Part shown: positions 1 through 12,028 of the stretch, piece after piece | Layout of the letters: the number at the start of each line of letters is the position of its first letter | How positions within the stretch are numbered: position 1 is the first letter of the stretch | Position numbers and translations under genes: made by a program | Assembly (NCBI GenBank): GCA_964035575.1 | Contig: OZ037846.1 | Location: 434,001-498,000 of the forward strand | DNA from: Rhynchopus sp. YZ270_cl-10 | Taxonomy: Eukaryota | Reading direction: 5' to 3' | Length of the DNA stretch: 64,000 nucleotides | Notes under the pieces: generated by a model | The model's database searches: none | What the model was told of the DNA's origin: nothing | The model's input: only the letters and a program-made list of their open reading frames with translations

Positions 1-353
1 CGGGTTTTCACTATTTTTTCGTATTTCAGGGAGAATTTTTGTGAATTTTCGGGTCACAGGGTGGTTCTGACCCATTCTCGGGGTGTTTCGGGCCTGTAGT
101 TGCTCAGGAGATGCCCAAAAACGTGAAAAATCGCCTTTTTACGTTTTTAGTAGTATTTTAGTGTAAATTGGTAGGGAAATCGGTTTTATACGTGGCTGCT
201 AACAGAGCTGCACTCATATAAGTTGGGTTCTACTAGGAATTTTTGCTCAATTTTTTTTTTCTTTGAACAAATTTTGTGCCAATCTTTCAAATAAAGCGTT
301 AGATTTTTACACTGATAGCATGCTTCCCAGCACACATAAGATACTGGTTGTGC

Positions 354-552
354 GCCCGAATTCGCCCGAATCTGCCCGAAATCGCCCGAATTCGCCCGAA
401 ATGTGCCCGAATTCGCCCGAAATGCGCCCGAATTCGCCCGAATTACGTATAAATTCCCTTTAAAACGCCCGAAATATATTTCGGGCACATTTCGGGCGCT
501 CGGGATCCGCGCCCGAAAAATCCGCCCGAATTCGCCCGAAATATATTTCGGG
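354..552. repeat. Cluster of GCCCGAA(A/T) direct repeats with inverted TTCGGGC copies (palindromic repeat, likely transposon subterminal array)
   Basis: About 11 GCCCGAA-type units at 10-12 nt spacing (354-472, 510-540) with reverse-complement TTTCGGGC at ~480, 490 and 546. Confidence 0.7.
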
Positions 553-1031
553 CGGTCCAAGTATGGTTATAGGTCAAAAATACTCATTTCTCAGCGCAAA
601 GTGACCCCATCACAGCACGCACAGAATCCGGACCACCGAAATCAAAAAAAAAAATTTTCGATTTTTTGTGCAAAAAATGCTGTAAAAAATTTTTAGCAAG
701 AAAAATGTACACAAAAACCGTATACTTTATTTCACAGATTTCCACGCTCAAAATGGGTTTCCGCGCCGTATACTTTATTACCCCCGTATACTTTATTAGC
801 ACCGTATACTTTATTAGCCCCCCCCCAGTAGGTTTTTTTGAGATTTTTGGGGAAAAAAGTTTTTTTGAAAAAAAGTTTTTTTCAATTTTTTTGTGTTGGG
901 GCTGTGTCAGGGTGTTTCCTAATTTGCTTCCGCTTCCGGTCTTTAGAAAAAAGTGCCAGGGAAAAAGTTTGCGGAAAAATTAGGGACGTGTTTAAAGTGC
1001 TTATTTTTTGGTATTTTCCCGAAAAAGGTAT

Positions 1032-1790
1032 GTTGGGTACCGTGCGCCTGCGGCGCTGCCTGTTCCTACCAGTTTCTACAGGCAAACACTTGGCCCCCTT
1101 TACCTTACGCTGACGGGTTTTGACCACAAGCAAGAACTTGTCCATTTTGGCAAATTGACCCCACCACTGGCCGGACGGATTCCGAAAATGCAAATGCCGG
1201 TGTTTTCGGGCATTTTCATGTTTTCAGGATCAGGGAGAGAAAATCTGGGTTGTGGGATTTACCTGCCACCTTTACCTTACACTCATTTTGTCCAAAACCA
1301 AGAACTTGGCCATTTCGGCAAAGTGACCCCACCACGGCGCGGACGGATTCCGGAAATGCCAATCGCAGTATGTTTTGAGTCTGCAAACCCACTTTTTTTC
1401 CAGGGAAAAAAATTGCTTCCGGATGTCGGAATTTTCCGAAAAATTTCCAGAATTTGGAGACACCCTGGGCTGTGAGTTAACATTCTTCCCTCCCCTGCTC
1501 ATCTCCCGACCCTTGGAAATTTCCGTCTGTGTATACTGTGTATACTGTGTATACTGTGTATACTGTGTATACTGTGTATACTGTGTATACTGTGTATACT
1601 GTGTATACTGTGTATACTGTGTATACTGTGTATACTGTGTATACTGTGTATACTGTGTATACTGTGTATACTGTGTATACTGTGTATACTGTGTATACTG
1701 TGAGGAAATTGATCAAAAACGAGAACTTGTCCATTTCAGCAAATTGACCCCACCACTGGACGGACGGATTCCGAAAATGCAAATGCCGGC
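1032..1790. mobile_element. Dispersed non-autonomous repeat with three internal ~65-bp direct repeats; inverted copy at 39808-40230
   Basis: AAGAACTTGTCCATTT(T/C)(G/A)GCAAA(T/G)TGACCCCACCAC...GGACGGATTCC unit at ~1131, ~1300 and ~1722; 1032-1445 aligns by eye with the reverse complement of 39808-40230; one more unit at ~38383-38445. Confidence 0.75.
1527..1702. repeat. (CTGTGTATA)19 microsatellite
   Basis: 19 perfect 9-mers plus a 5-nt partial unit. Confidence 0.97.
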
Positions 1791-2273
1791 GTTAAAAGCT
1801 TCACCAGCACCACTGTACTGTGGTCTGGGTACTCATCCGGGGGAAAAAGTGCTCACCTGCTATTTTATACTTTAAGTGGTTCCATTTTGGGAAATATGAG
1901 AAAATAGTCAAAACCAGTGTCAACAGGAAAAAAAAAGAGAAAAAACCGACTCCGGAGGGTCAACTCCCGGGTTCAGCAAGCACATTTTGAAAAAAACTTT
2001 TTTTTGAAACAAACTTTTTTTTGCCTGCCTGCCTAGGTTTTTCTGGGTACCCTCAGGACGCGAACGCAAACGAAAAATTTGTCTGCCCTTACCGAATAAT
2101 ATAGTTATTTGGACCCCCCCTTTAGTTTAAAAATTGCTTCTGCATCATAAAAAATCTGAACTAGTTGCTCAACGAAGCTGTACGCGTGGTTCACAGGAGC
2201 TCTTTATGTTTATGAATCTCTGTGTGGAGCAGGGGTCGAGTGCCAGATGTAAATCTGAGCAAACACAACAGTG

Positions 2274-4064
2274 CTACTTCACGGAACACATCTGAGAGCA
2301 ACACACAACACTGCACGTCCCAGAAGGAACTGCGTGTGCTGGTGTGCCAACCCCTCCCGCAGCTGTCCATGCCTCAGCAACGTCAAGGTCAGACTGCTCA
2401 CCACGCAGGTACCCACGCACGGCAATGTTGTACTCCTCCCAATGCTTCTTCCCACCTATCATGTACATCCATTCGTCTACTACTCCACCTGCATCCTGGA
2501 CCCTGGGATTTACAGAATCATCCAGGTTGGTGCTTTTGCGAGAAGTACTCACGTCAACAAGTTCGCCCACAACCTGTACCTCACAGCCAGAGGCAACCTC
2601 CACCTTGCACGGAAGCAGACGCAGCTGGTGTTCGCACTCAGCATCGCTGAAGCACATCCTGTTGCACACCACATCACACCCCAGCATACACCCCACACGT
2701 TCCAGCCCGTTCACATCACGCACAAGCTCCCCCACCATGCTGAACCGACGCATCACCTCACAACCCATGTCACCACGCAGCACCTTCCCAGTCGCAACAC
2801 CAGCATTCACCTTCTCACAAAAGCTGCTCGCACCCTTCAGAAGCAGGCTTGCTGCGTGCAGTGCAGATGTGGCATGTGTCGCACACTGCTTCGAGGCGTT
2901 GAACGAACAGTGGATCCTGTCCCCGATGAACACGTCCACCATCCCACGTCTTGTCTCTGTTGCCTGCAGGGTCTTCAGGAGGAGAGTGGTGAAGAAGGAG
3001 GAGTAGGTCGCACTGTCCCTCTCCAGCAAATGCAGAGTGTTCTTCACGTTCAGTGTCAGCAGGGTTACATGTACTGAGGACAGACCCAGTGGCACGCACA
3101 CTGGCATGTTCGACGTTGAAGGTCTCGAATCAAACGAGTCTTCGCCTCTAAGTGTACTTTGCGTGGACTCCGACTGTTCATCCACAACTCTGTCCACCTT
3201 GTCCACCTCATCCTGAAAAGGCAGACACGTCTTCGGGAGGTACGCTTTGTACATGCGCAGGTTCTTCTCCAGTCTCCACAAGGCAGCAGTCATCCCCTCA
3301 GGCAGGTCACCCCCATGCACGTCCAGCATCTCCGCCACCTGCTCCACGTCGTACCCCGCAAGAAGCGACGCAATCTCCTGCACAACGCTGATCGTGCGCC
3401 TCATTGACTCCTGCTCCTTCAGCACATTGTGCGCAAACCTGCGTGTCACGAAGAAGTCGATCAGGAAGACCACAAAAGTGGAAAACAGGCCAAGTGGGGG
3501 AAATGACGTCTTGCAGGGCAAGAACTCGCAGTCTGCCTTTTCCAGAATCAACGCTCTCCTGCTGTGTTCACCTTCGTACGGTGGCAACCCAGGAAGGTCA
3601 AACAAGCCAAACCTGAAGGATTCCTCACATCCCATGATACACAGCCACACCACTGTCGCACCCACGAAACATGCACTGTACCGTGATGGGACTTCCATCA
3701 CAAGCAACATGTCCACAATCAGGATCAGAATTGGCCAGCCCAGTAAACCAAAAGTGCGTGCGACTAAATCCCACATGAAGAGACCTATGCCCGCGAAGTA
3801 CATGATGCCCACCACAAACGTGGTGTGCAGTTGCTGCTTGCAGAGCACCTTCACAATGGAAACAAACCCAGCGGTGAGGACTATGCAAGACCCAAGTATG
3901 TTAAAAATACGGTCTTGCACGTTGGTATTACCCTGATGGAAAAATGAAATAACCACAGTCGTTAATGCCGAAACGACACAGAACGCAAACATGATGGTGC
4001 GCTTCTTCACCTCGTCAGCACTGAGAGACCCGTCAATGGTCAGTGCGCTGTTCAGGCACCGCAT
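2274..4064 (-). CDS. Multi-TM receptor-type class III nucleotide cyclase-like protein, copy 1 (596 aa)
   Basis: Intronless ORF from the conserved MRCLNSALT start; ~5-6 hydrophobic helices, a helical linker, then VDVFIGDRI / VNAGVATGKVLRGDMG / FSMVGELV cyclase-fold motifs. Confidence 0.85.
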   Translation of the reverse strand: MRCLNSALTIDGSLSADEVKKRTIMFAFCVVSALTTVVISFFHQGNTNVQDRIFNILGSCIVLTAGFVSIVKVLCKQQLHTTFVVGIMYFAGIGLFMWDLVARTFGLLGWPILILIVDMLLVMEVPSRYSACFVGATVVWLCIMGCEESFRFGLFDLPGLPPYEGEHSRRALILEKADCEFLPCKTSFPPLGLFSTFVVFLIDFFVTRRFAHNVLKEQESMRRTISVVQEIASLLAGYDVEQVAEMLDVHGGDLPEGMTAALWRLEKNLRMYKAYLPKTCLPFQDEVDKVDRVVDEQSESTQSTLRGEDSFDSRPSTSNMPVCVPLGLSSVHVTLLTLNVKNTLHLLERDSATYSSFFTTLLLKTLQATETRRGMVDVFIGDRIHCSFNASKQCATHATSALHAASLLLKGASSFCEKVNAGVATGKVLRGDMGCEVMRRFSMVGELVRDVNGLERVGCMLGCDVVCNRMCFSDAECEHQLRLLPCKVEVASGCEVQVVGELVDVSTSRKSTNLDDSVNPRVQDAGGVVDEWMYMIGGKKHWEEYNIAVRGYLRGEQSDLDVAEAWTAAGGVGTPAHAVPSGTCSVVCCSQMCSVK

Positions 4065-4869
4065 CGTTTGGCTTTTGATCCTCACAAACCTTTGCTATGT
4101 GTGGAGCAGGGGTGTGTGGATGTGTGTTGTACGCACTGGTGGGTGGTGTGGTTAATGTTAGGTTAATAACGATGGGCAATTCTCCTCTTGCTGCTCCTCT
4201 GAAGACCCACGACACCACATGCCAGCGTGATGTGGTAAAAACGATGACATGTGCACATGTGAAATGACATGTACCACATGATAGAAGAATTGGCTGCTGA
4301 TTCCAACGTGGACGTGAGGGAACCGCTGGACCGAGAAGTGGTGACACCCACTTGAATATTGTCAACGCTGCAGCAGGCGAGGTTTCGCAAGGAGTGGCAT
4401 TGCAACAACAATGTGTCAACCGTTTTCACATCCCATATGCTGGCTATCTGGAGCCGCATGGTTGTGGTGCAAGGGTAAACTGCGCTGCAGCAGACGGTGC
4501 GGACCAAAATACCCATGATGCTCCTGTTGGATGGCAGTGGGAGAATGACGCAGACGTTCCGCCTACGACACATCGACACGTCAACGTGTCTTGTGCACGA
4601 GATCATCTTGGGACTGGTGTAACTCGAAGAAAATCGAAGGTGCTGACGGGAAGGCCATCCAGGAAGATTTGATCAAGATTCTGCTGGCCACCTATGGGCT
4701 GAAAACTTTGCACCTTAGTGGGGATCATCAGCGACAACGGGAGCAGCATCACCGGGTCGAAGACCGGGGCTATTCGTCCTGTTCCGGAAGGGGTTATGCT
4801 CAGCTCCATATGCGTGCCGTACGTGCTGGTGGGTGTTGCACGTCGGTATTCCACTGAATAAAAAGAAAA

Positions 4870-5052
4870 ACAACCAGAATCACTAAAACTCCAACCACAC
4901 AGAACACAAACAGAACGCAAACATGATGGTGCGCTTCTTCACCTCGGCAGCACTGAGAGACCCGTCAATGGTCAGTGCGCTGTTCAGGCACCGCATCGTT
5001 TGGCTTTTGATCCTCACAAACCTTTGCTATGTGTGGAGCAGGGGTGTGTGGA
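4870..5052 (-). pseudogene. Truncated 5' fragment of a cyclase-like gene (leader plus ~30 codons)
   Basis: Near-identical to 3980-4120 (MRCLNSALTIDGSLSAAEVKKRTIMFAFC), then frameshift and stop. Confidence 0.8.
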
Positions 5053-5086
5053 GTGCCAGATGTAAATCTGAGCAAACACAACGGTA

Positions 5087-6865
5087 CTACTTCACGGAAC
5101 ACATCTGAGAGCAACACACAACACTGCACGTCCCAGAAGGAACTGCGTTTGCTGGTGTGCCAACCCCTCCCGCAGCTGTCCATGCCTTAGCAACGTCAAG
5201 GTCAGACTGCTCATCACGCAGGTACCCACGCACGGCAATGTTGTACTCCTCCCAATGCTTCTTCCCACCTATCATGTACATCCACTCGTCTTTAACTGCA
5301 CCTGCATCCTGCGACCTTACAGACTCATCCAAGATAGTGCTTCTGCGAGAAGTACTCACGTCAACAAGTTCCGCCACAACCTGTGCCTCACAACCAGAAG
5401 CAACCTCCACCTTGCACGGAAGCAGACGCAGCTGGTGTTCGCACTCAGCATCGCTGAAGCACATCCTGTTGCACACCACATCACACCCCAGCATACGCCC
5501 CACACGTTCCAGCCCGTTCACATCACGCACAAGCTCCCCCACCATGCTGAACCGACGCATCACCTCACAACCCATGTCACCACGCAGCACCTTCCCAGTC
5601 GCAACACCAGCATTCACCTTCTCACAAAAGCTGCTCGCACCCTTCAGAAGCAGGCTTGCTGCGTGCAGTGCAGATGTGGCATGTGTCGCACACTGCTTCG
5701 AGGCGTTGAACGAACAGTGGATCCTGTCCCCGATGAACACGTCCACCATCCCACGTCTTGTCTCTGTTGCCTGCAGGGTCTTCAGGAGGAGAGTGGTGAA
5801 GAAGGAGGAGTAGGTCGCACTGTCCTTCTCCAGCAAATGCAGGGTGTCCTTCACGTTCAGTGTCAGCAGGGTTGTCTTCATCGAGGACAGACCCAGTGGC
5901 AGGCACACTGGCAAGTCTGAGCCTCTCGAATCAAACGAGTCTTCGCCTCTAAGTGTACTTTGCGTGGACTCCGACTGTTCATCCACAACTCTGTCCACCT
6001 TCTCCACCTCATCCTGAAAAGGCAGACACGTCTTCGGGAGGTACGCTTTGTACATGCGCAGGTTCTTCTCCAGTCTCCACAAGGCAGCAGTCATCCCCTC
6101 AGGCAGGTCGCCCCCATGCACGTCCAGCATCTCCGCCACCTGTTCCACGTCGTACCCCGCAAGAAGCGACGCAATCTCCTGCACAACGCTGATCGTGCGC
6201 CTCATTGACTCCTGCTCCTTCAGCACATCGTGCGCAAACCTGCGTGTCACGAAGAAGTCGATCAGGAAGACAGCAAGAGTGGAAAAAAGGCCAAGTGGGG
6301 GAAATGACGTCTTGCAGGGTGGGAACTCGCAGTTTGCCTTTTCCAGAATCAGTGCTCTCCTGCTGTGTTCACCTTCGTACGGCAACAACCCAGGAAGGTC
6401 AAACAAGCCAAACCTGAAGGATTCCTCAAATCCCATGAGACACAGCCACACCACTGTCGCACCCACGAACCATGCACTGTACCGTGATGGGACTTCCATC
6501 ACAAGCAGTATGTCCCCAACCAGGATCAGAATTGGCCAGCCCAGTAAACCATAAGTACGAGAGACCAAATCCCACAAGCATATTCCAGTGCCAGCGAAGT
6601 ACAGCATGCCCACCACGAACGTGGTGTGCAGTTGCTGCTTGCAGAGCACCTTAATAATGGCAACAAACCCAGTTGTAAGGACTATGAAGGACCCAAGTTC
6701 GTTAACAATCCGGTGTTGCACTTTGGTGTCCCCATGATGGAAAACAGATACAACCAGAATCGCAAATACTGACACTACAGAGAACGTAAATATGGTGGTA
6801 CGCTTCTTCACCTCGTCAGCACTGAGAGACCCGTCAATGGTCAGTGCGCTGTTCAGGCACCGCAT
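5087..6865 (-). CDS. Multi-TM receptor-type class III nucleotide cyclase-like protein, copy 2 (592 aa)
   Basis: Paralogue of copy 1, ATG at 6865. Confidence 0.85.
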   Translation of the reverse strand: MRCLNSALTIDGSLSADEVKKRTTIFTFSVVSVFAILVVSVFHHGDTKVQHRIVNELGSFIVLTTGFVAIIKVLCKQQLHTTFVVGMLYFAGTGICLWDLVSRTYGLLGWPILILVGDILLVMEVPSRYSAWFVGATVVWLCLMGFEESFRFGLFDLPGLLPYEGEHSRRALILEKANCEFPPCKTSFPPLGLFSTLAVFLIDFFVTRRFAHDVLKEQESMRRTISVVQEIASLLAGYDVEQVAEMLDVHGGDLPEGMTAALWRLEKNLRMYKAYLPKTCLPFQDEVEKVDRVVDEQSESTQSTLRGEDSFDSRGSDLPVCLPLGLSSMKTTLLTLNVKDTLHLLEKDSATYSSFFTTLLLKTLQATETRRGMVDVFIGDRIHCSFNASKQCATHATSALHAASLLLKGASSFCEKVNAGVATGKVLRGDMGCEVMRRFSMVGELVRDVNGLERVGRMLGCDVVCNRMCFSDAECEHQLRLLPCKVEVASGCEAQVVAELVDVSTSRRSTILDESVRSQDAGAVKDEWMYMIGGKKHWEEYNIAVRGYLRDEQSDLDVAKAWTAAGGVGTPANAVPSGTCSVVCCSQMCSVK

Positions 6866-8779
6866 CGTTGGGCTTTTGATCCTCACAAACCTTTGCTGTG
6901 TGTGGAGCAGGGGTGTGTGGATGTGTGTTGTGTGCACTGGTGGTGTGGGGTGCTCTTGGAGATAAAAAGAAATCAAGCACAATCAAAAGCGGGGGAGAAG
7001 ATGTGGGTGGAATCTTATTTGACCGTGAGTGCGAAAGATACGTGCGAGGAGGGGCTAGAGTGGAGAACAGAAAAACGCAAAAAATGCTCGAGAGACTCGT
7101 TACTCTTTGCTTGTGGCTCAAAAGGATAAAAAGGGGAAGAGGAAAAATTTAGGTTGTTTGTTGTTCGCTTCCACTCCAACCCTTTAACCATGAAAGGGAC
7201 GCAGCGCGACGCATGATGGTACTAGAAGGCCCTATCACAATCGTTCACGCACAGTAGCACTACGTCCTTCACAGCAGGGAAGGTTGTCCGCAAACAGGTG
7301 TAGTTTCACATTGGATGTCAGGGACGCTGTCAAAGCAAAAGCCTAGTATGCAGCGTAAAGTTCTTTGTGGAGGATGTGGTTTTGTACCCAAGTGCTGTAG
7401 ACATGCCTTGGAAGTCTGCACGTTCAGCTATGAAGAAAGAGAGGTGGCTAAGCAGCAGAGGCGTCTGTTGGTAGTGTAATATGCCACGACGAAGCTATCG
7501 CTGCCCACTTCAGAGCTTCCATACGGCACAGATCACACCGTGTAAAGTTTTCACAGCCCTGAAAACATTGTTGTGGCATATGTATAAAATCGAATTAATC
7601 ACCTTCGGGAGGGGACGATGGAAGTAGTATGTCTGGAAACTCTTTTTGAGATATCATAGATCGGTGGGGAGCTCAGTGTTGCGTCATAATTGGAGAAAAC
7701 GGTGGACCAAAACGTCATTTGGGGAAGTATTACAGTCGTTTTGGCGCCGGATCTGTGACTATGAATGTTGTGTCTGCAGACTCAGGGATGAAGAGGGGGT
7801 GCTCGCTGTTCAGAACCCGTCTGCTGACCAGTACGGAAAACGGCACGATTGGTGTCACGGAAAGGTGTCTCGCGGCCAGTCACGACGAGCACCTCTTGTC
7901 GAGAGCCTCTGCCCTTTGCATTCATTACCTCGAGGAAATGCTTCATTCTCTGCGGTTAAAACTTTTTCGCTTTCGCACGCACATCTCACCTCCTTCCTGT
8001 GGGCTCCCGGATGGATAGTAGAGGTGAGCTTCACAGCAGTGTTATAGAGGAGTGCAATAATGGGGGCGTGGGTGGTTTTGTCGTACGGCAGGGGTGTCGA
8101 GACCGGGCGTAGCCGCCCGCAGGGCAGCCGTTACAAAGAGGCGACAAGCCCCGCATCCTAAACCAGAAATGTGTTTGAGGAAGGGTGTGCTACGTGGAGT
8201 ATGGCGGTGGTTCTGTCATATCCCTGAGCTCCGGTTCCGGTATCCTCTTCGGACGATGTGCCGACGTCAGGAATCCGCCAGCGCGTTTGCTCACAAGACA
8301 CGCTACCACCCGCCGTGTACGGATGGCTTTCTCGAGACAGCGCTTCCTGGAGGTGCTCCGCAAGGTCAAACGGCGTATCTGATTTGGTGTTCGCATGTGG
8401 CAGTGTTGCTCCTCGCGGGGCAAGAACGGTGTCTCTGTGTATGACGGCGACCTGACGTATCTCCGCTCTCTCACGCATCACGGGTGTGCCAGTGTGCCGG
8501 CGTCGCAGTGTGGTTGTTAAGTGTTTACATCCTCCGCGGACGTTCGTCTATGGGATGTCAGCGCCGGTATTGCTGTGGCATGTGCAGAGTGGACTGGGGC
8601 ACAGTGGCGCTGTCACGGACTGCTTTCGTCTTTGCTGAGGAGCGCGAGTATTATGTGAAACTCTAATGGCTGGTCGAAGCAACTAGGCTCGTTAAATCGA
8701 TAAGTCTTCGGCCTCGGTCGACGGCGAGTGTGAGTCTGAGCAGCCTAGACAAAGACAAAATGAGTCAGATGAGCTTTGC

Positions 8780-9662
8780 TCGCAAGTGGGTGTGCGGGTT
8801 GGAGCAACCCGGTCAAAGGGAATGATTTGGTTTAAATGATAAATACACTCTGAGGAATCCTCGCTATTAAGCGAATGTGTGGGTCAGATCAAAAACCCGG
8901 TCAAGGCAAGTGAGTTCAACGATTAATTAACCGCTCGTAGGCGGATGCACGCTCGTAGGCGGATGTACGGGTCGGAGCACCCGGGTCAAGGCAAATGAGA
9001 TAGTAAATTTGAGAACTACTCGCTAGTAAACGAACGTAAGTCGGAGCAAACCGATCAAGGCAAAATGAGTGGTGTAAATGACAAATCAACGCTCTTGAGG
9101 CGGATGTACAGGTTTGAGCGCCCGGGTAAAGGCAAATGAGTTGGTTGAATGGATAAGTTTTTGCTAGTAAGCGAAAATGTGAGCCGGAGCAAAACGGTCA
9201 AGGCACATGGGTTGGTTTAAATTGTAAATACACTCTCGCAGGCGGGTGCGAGGGGCGGAGCACCCGGGTCAATGTAAATGAGTTTTTGACCCTGAGGAAT
9301 CCTCGCTATAGAGCGAATGTGTGGGCGGAGCAACCCAGTCAAGGTCAAGGCAGGTGAGTTAGTTAAAACAAATAATTTACCCTCGTAGGCGGATGAACGC
9401 TCGTAGGCGGATGTAACGGGTTGGAGAACCCGGGTAAGGGCAAATGAGTTAGATGATTGGATAAATTTTCGCTAGTAAGCGAATGTGAGTCGGATCAAAC
9501 CGGTCAAGGCATATGAGTTGGTGTAAATGGTAGAATACACTCTCGCAGGCGGGCGCGAGGGGCGGAGCACCCGGGTCAGTGTGCATGAGTTAGTAACTCT
9601 GAGGAATCCTCGCTATTAATCGAGAGTGTGGATCAGAGCAAAAACCCGGTCAAGGCAAGTGA
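8780..9662. repeat. Tandem array of ~12 diverged ~70-nt units with a higher-order period of ~307 bp
   Basis: Core CGCT-N4-AGCG(A/G)ATGT...CGGAGCA..CCGGTCAAGGCAAATGAGTT recurs; CTGAGGAATCCTCGCTAT marker at ~8850, ~9292 and ~9599. Confidence 0.85.
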
Positions 9663-11671
9663 CCAGCTCTACGCTTGTTATATCCTCCTTCGCCACCTTA
9701 GGCTCACCGCTTTCCTCTTCTGCATCCACCAATAATATCACATCAGCCTCCTGAAGCTTGATTTTACGCGATCTTCTGCTCTTCTTTGTCCCACCTCCCA
9801 TAAAAAAATCGGTTCTGGCGGTTGGTGGCGGACCTCCGGTGGTGGCCTCGTCGCGAAGCTGCTTCTTCTCTGCGTTGATGTAAGTAAAGACCGTGTTTAC
9901 ATTGTGTTTGACTATGGAGATCTTTGCCTGTGTGCTGTTCACTTCGCCGTCCACCTCGAGGTCGTAAGCAAGCATCTCAGCACCAACGTCGTAATCAGTG
10001 AATAGCTTCATCAGACGTTGGGTCAACTCAAACTCCTTCGCAAGGCTGTTTGGCGGCAGGTTCAGCACCTTCTCCATCAGAGGTTTGACCTGCACCGCAG
10101 AGACAGCAAAGAGGGAGCCTGCAAGCTGCATCTTGCGGTATTCCTTTGCAAACCGCTGCTGTTCCGGGCTGAGCGACGACACGTATTCACGAAACACCGC
10201 GGGTGGAGGGATTGTGTCCATTGCCAGCAGGATCCGCAGTGTGTCTTTGTTCTTCACAATCAACGCAGCGGAGGGGGTAAAGCGGTCGCCGCAATCTTGC
10301 CGATCAACAGAACGTAGCTCGCAAACTCTCTCGCAGTCGCAACAAATTCCACAAGGGGCTCCGCACCACCTGCATCGCCATTCGTGTAGTGCACGCCAGT
10401 GTGGAGGTGTGTCGGGCCTGTGATCACTGCGTCAGAGGCAGCGTTCAAGGCAAAACGGATGTGTATATTGTCCAACCTCCGTGATGTTGTCTGAAACGGT
10501 GTGCCGTCGACGGTGACAGCGAGCATCCCGTCTGGCGCGTGGCCTTCCCTGCGCACAGCGTGGCTGAACCCATTCAGAGGATACTCTGGTGCAAGCACCT
10601 CACGTTGGTGCTGTGCCATGTGTGTTGTGAACTCACGCAGGCCCACCTCGTGCCCGAGGGCGGAGACGAGCTGTGCACGCAGGAGTGCCTCCATACTGTT
10701 CATCGCCTCCAGGAAGGCTTGGGAGAGGCCAGGTGGGTCCCGAGAAGGCGGATGTCCGCAACAGCAGTGTTCCCCTCAAGGTCCTTCGCGCATGACCTCC
10801 GCGCACCTGCCACCTCAGTGCTGTGCTCGCGAAGCAGTGCGTCGAACGCCTCAGCACCAAGCGGCGAGGTTGTTGCGTTGCTGGCCTCCGTCATCAGAGG
10901 CAGCACCGGAAGGAAGACGTCCCCGCCACACTGCCCGCCGCTCTTCTTCGCCGTGTCGTGCAGCCAGATCATGAAGAGCTCGATGTTCGCAGACAATGTA
11001 CGCACCTCTCTGTTCCGTGTCGGCGTCCTGCACGAATCGCGCGCGCGGTCCACAGCAAACCGTGCCGCATGCTGCGTCGCAAGCCACGTAATGTCCACAT
11101 CCGTTTTCACCTCCTTCCGCTTCAGAAGGGGACGCTCGTCTGCATGGGTACGCAGCACCTTCACCTGCTCACCCTCCGCCAGCACCGTGCCGGGTGTGGT
11201 CTCTGGGCTCCCATGGTGCAGGGTCAGCGTGAACTGCTCGGTCTTCTTCCAGAGGTACTGCTTCCGGCGTGTCTTCACCTCAGTCGTGCTGGTCGTGAGG
11301 AGGCCTTTCTCGGTACGGATCACAGAGTCGCCGTCGACGTGCTCAAACCCGTCTGCAGTGCAGGTCGTCACTTTCGTCAAAAGCAGAACTCTGTTTCCGG
11401 TGCGTCCCTCCGCCACCGCAGCACCCATCCCGAGGACACTAAAGGTGTCAGACATAGCTGACAGTGTCGCCGTCGCCATCGACTCCACCACCGTGAACTT
11501 ATCTGCATAGCAGTGTTGCGTATCTGCAGCAAGCAGCACTGGGCTGCGTTCCTCGGTGAGGACCTGCTTCACACGCTGCAGGCCACGCGACAGTCTCTCC
11601 TCAACACTGTGTGACGCAACGTGGTGTGGACACAACGCAAGGACTAATAAAACGAACGCTTGAACCCTCAT
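9616..11671 (-). pseudogene. Frameshifted gene for a signal-peptide-bearing conserved protist hypothetical protein
   Basis: Three abutting ORFs (10700-11671, 10260-10703, 9616-10263) join into one reading with shifts at ~10725 and ~10289; N-terminal MRVQAFVLLVLALC signal-like peptide; the segment SLSPEQQRFAKEYRKMQL...QVKPLMEKVLNLP recalls an uncharacterised protist family. Confidence 0.7.
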
Positions 11672-12028
11672 TTTGGGTATTTGTAAATCTGAATTGAAAA
11701 GTGTTTTGAGGGGTTTGTGGAGAGAGCTCGGGAGTAAGGGGAGTTGCATGAGTCCAAGTCACATTTTGAGTCTTTGTGAGGCCAAGAACATTATGTAGTT
11801 TTGGCACTGTTGTCATCAAAAATGTAACTTACACTGCTGCTGCGAAGGGTCGGTCAAAAGTAGTAACATTTTCAGCTTTCGTTCTTATTTTTGTTGTTTG
11901 TATCTTTCTCCAGAGATGGAGACAGATTATAAGATTAGACCCTCAATTAGTTTGTTATATTTATGAATCTCTACGTGGATCAGGGGTGTGTGGAGTGCCA
12001 GATGTAAATCTGAGCAAACACAACAGTG

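Noticed and set aside
1375..1875. YCV/YTV repeat ORFs, and likewise the LT/VR/EG ORFs at 43407-44073
   Set aside because: Microsatellite translations
4163..4860. Short ORFs between cyclase copies 1 and 2
   Set aside because: No recognisable motif and no consistent frame
7150..8660. Coding-like plus-strand region with short ORFs
   Set aside because: Broken by stops with no recognisable domain; possibly a decayed gene or TE but unsupported
8780..9662. CRISPR array or hammerhead ribozyme array
   Set aside because: Repeats are too divergent, linkers recur with the higher-order period, and there are no cas genes in a eukaryotic context; CTGAGGA occurs in only three units and lacks a properly placed GAAA and stems
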